Assembly: GCA_041618195.1 (NCBI GenBank)
Contig: JBFJNL010000003.1
Span: 1 to 37,783, forward strand
Source: Thermoplasmatota archaeon
GTDB lineage: Archaea > Thermoplasmatota > E2 > JACPAO01 > JAHFTW01
Direction of reading: 5' to 3'
Length of the DNA stretch: 37,783 bases
Shown: positions 36,603-37,783 of the stretch, piece after piece
Numbering within the stretch: the first letter of the stretch is position 1
How the letters are laid out: every line of letters starts with the position of its first letter
Notes under the pieces: generated by a model
What the model saw: only the letters and a program-made list of their open reading frames with translations
Told to the model about the DNA's origin: nothing
Database searches by the model: none
Made by a program: the position numbers and the translations under genes

Positions 36603-37304
36603 TCAGGACGGCAGCGGCGTCGGTGGCCCGGCATCCGGTGCGGCGACGGGCTGGGACGCGATCTCGTGCGCGACCTCTCCAGTGACGGGCTGCGCGGCGA
36701 ACCACGGACGTTCGGTGTCGTGCAAGTACCATTTCTCTTCCAGGCTGCTCAGACGGTGGAGCACGGCATTGCGATCGGGGAACCGGCCGAAGCGCCAGAT
36801 GACGTCGCGGTGTTCCAACGCCAGTTCAAGGAACGCTTGACCCACCTCCTTCTCGGGGCCCTTGGCACCGATCAGCACGGATTCGTATTCCTGCACGCTG
36901 CGGTCCTGCACCGCCAGCGTCTCGGCATGCATCAGCGGCAGGTACAGCATCAGGCGTTGCCAGCGGTCCAATCGGGCATCCTGGCGGGTCGCCAGGGCGT
37001 TCAGCACATGGCCTTGGGCGGCCAGGTCACTGGCGTAGGCATGCGGGGTGTCGCGCCACAGGACTCGCGGCGTCGCGTCGAGCAGCAGGGACAGCGCGAC
37101 GCTGCCGTAGGGGCGCGCCGCGATGTGGTCGAGCCCTCCAGAAGCCGCCAGCTCCGCCAACGGAGCCGCCCATTCGCCCAGGTCCGCCTGCAATCCAGGA
37201 CCTTGCTCGAGCCATTGCCGGCATCGGTGCTCGGCTGCGTCGTTATCGGTCCCGAACCAGAACCCAAGGACCGGCAGCATCGCCCGACGTTCGGCGAACA
37301 ACAT
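36603..37304 (-). CDS. DUF924-family protein
   Basis: VL.FWF, LLLD..PR...R.TP.AYA.D, YLPLMHAE.L..Q, H.DVI.RFGRFP.RN..L.R.S..EE. Confidence 0.9.
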   Translation of the reverse strand: MLFAERRAMLPVLGFWFGTDNDAAEHRCRQWLEQGPGLQADLGEWAAPLAELAASGGLDHIAARPYGSVALSLLLDATPRVLWRDTPHAYASDLAAQGHVLNALATRQDARLDRWQRLMLYLPLMHAETLAVQDRSVQEYESVLIGAKGPEKEVGQAFLELALEHRDVIWRFGRFPDRNAVLHRLSSLEEKWYLHDTERPWFAAQPVTGEVAHEIASQPVAAPDAGPPTPLPS

Positions 37305-37424
37305 AGCATGTGCTTCGCCGCCCGTGGCAAAAAGCTCGGCGTCAGGGTGTCAAGGCACCACAGGGGACTCGGGACAGGTCCGGAAGGCCCGGACCGCCGA
37401 CAGGCACGCCGTCAAGGCGTGCGA

Positions 37425-37456
37425 CAAAAAGTGAGGGGGAAAGGAAGAGGAATCAC
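37425..37456 (-). terminator. Pyrimidine-rich terminator
   Basis: Minus strand TGATTCCTCTTCCTTTCCCCCTCACTTTTT. The 15-mer at 37441-37455 is identical to 4522-4536. Confidence 0.55.
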
Positions 37457-37528
37457 GGTTAGTGGATCTGACGGATGCGGGCGAGGCGGACCTGGCCCGA
37501 CGCGGCCCCTAAGGACCGTTGTCAGAGT

Positions 37529-37783
37529 CTAACGGCGGAAGCAGTCGTTGCAGAGGACGTCGCGGCCCGGCGTCGGCTTGAAAGGCACGGAGGTGCCCTT
37601 GCCGCAGCGCGTGCAGTTAACGTCGAACATCTGCCGGTCGCCGCGGTCGCCGCCGCCAGCGCCGGAGCGCGGGGGGCGGTTCTTGCTGAAGCAATCGCGG
37701 CAGAGGACCGGACGGTCGCCGGTCGGCTTGAAGGGGACGGTCGTCGCCACTCCACATTCGCCGCAGGTGACGTCGAAGCTCTC
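37529..37783 (-). CDS. CxxC-x17-CxxC zinc-ribbon domain protein (two tandem domains visible; 5' end outside the window)
   Basis: FDVTCGECG..TTVPFKPTGDRPVLCRDCF and FDVNCTRCG..TSVPFKPTPGRDVLCNDCF. Confidence 0.92.
   Translation of the reverse strand, partial: ESFDVTCGECGVATTVPFKPTGDRPVLCRDCFSKNRPPRSGAGGGDRGDRQMFDVNCTRCGKGTSVPFKPTPGRDVLCNDCFRR

Noticed and set aside
37467-37526. HDV-like ribozyme or SECIS interpretation of the 3' structure
   Set aside because: The nested double-pseudoknot pairings could not be built, and the gene shows no in-frame UGA in the visible part.

Overview
High-GC archaeal chromosomal segment, most consistent with a Thermoplasmatota-type organism. The evidence is an archaeosine tRNA-guanine transglycosylase, Orc1/Cdc6, a Sec11-type signal peptidase, PGF-CTERM-like anchors, GGTGA/GGAGG ribosome-binding sites and TATA-like boxes about 25-30 nt before start codons. 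The left 14.6 kb is a divergently arranged, coherent polysaccharide/cell-surface locus. On the plus strand it holds a DUF1616-like gene, a V4R-like gene and a processive GT2 synthase (D,D,D,QxxRW; closest in motif wording to NdvB-type glucan synthases). On the minus strand it holds a GT-C-like membrane protein, a DPM-type GT2, two FG-GAP/beta-propeller proteins and two tandemly duplicated secreted glycoside-hydrolase-like proteins. Three of these secreted proteins carry an ~85-aa module resembling the expansin C-terminal (CBM63-like) domain, at least 9 copies in total. The centre holds tgtA, a probable replication origin (ORB-like boxes) upstream of cdc6, the signal peptidase, ribA, uvrA, an ACT protein, dodecin and tRNA-Glu(CTC). 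The right part holds an orphan histidine kinase with a PKD-like ectodomain, an ABC exporter whose permease is fused to a PrsW-like protease, a GNAT, two secreted proteins whose predicted mature forms start with His-Gly, a DUF924 gene and a CxxC-x17-CxxC gene with a structured 3' region. All family calls come from motif recognition by eye; no database searches were run.
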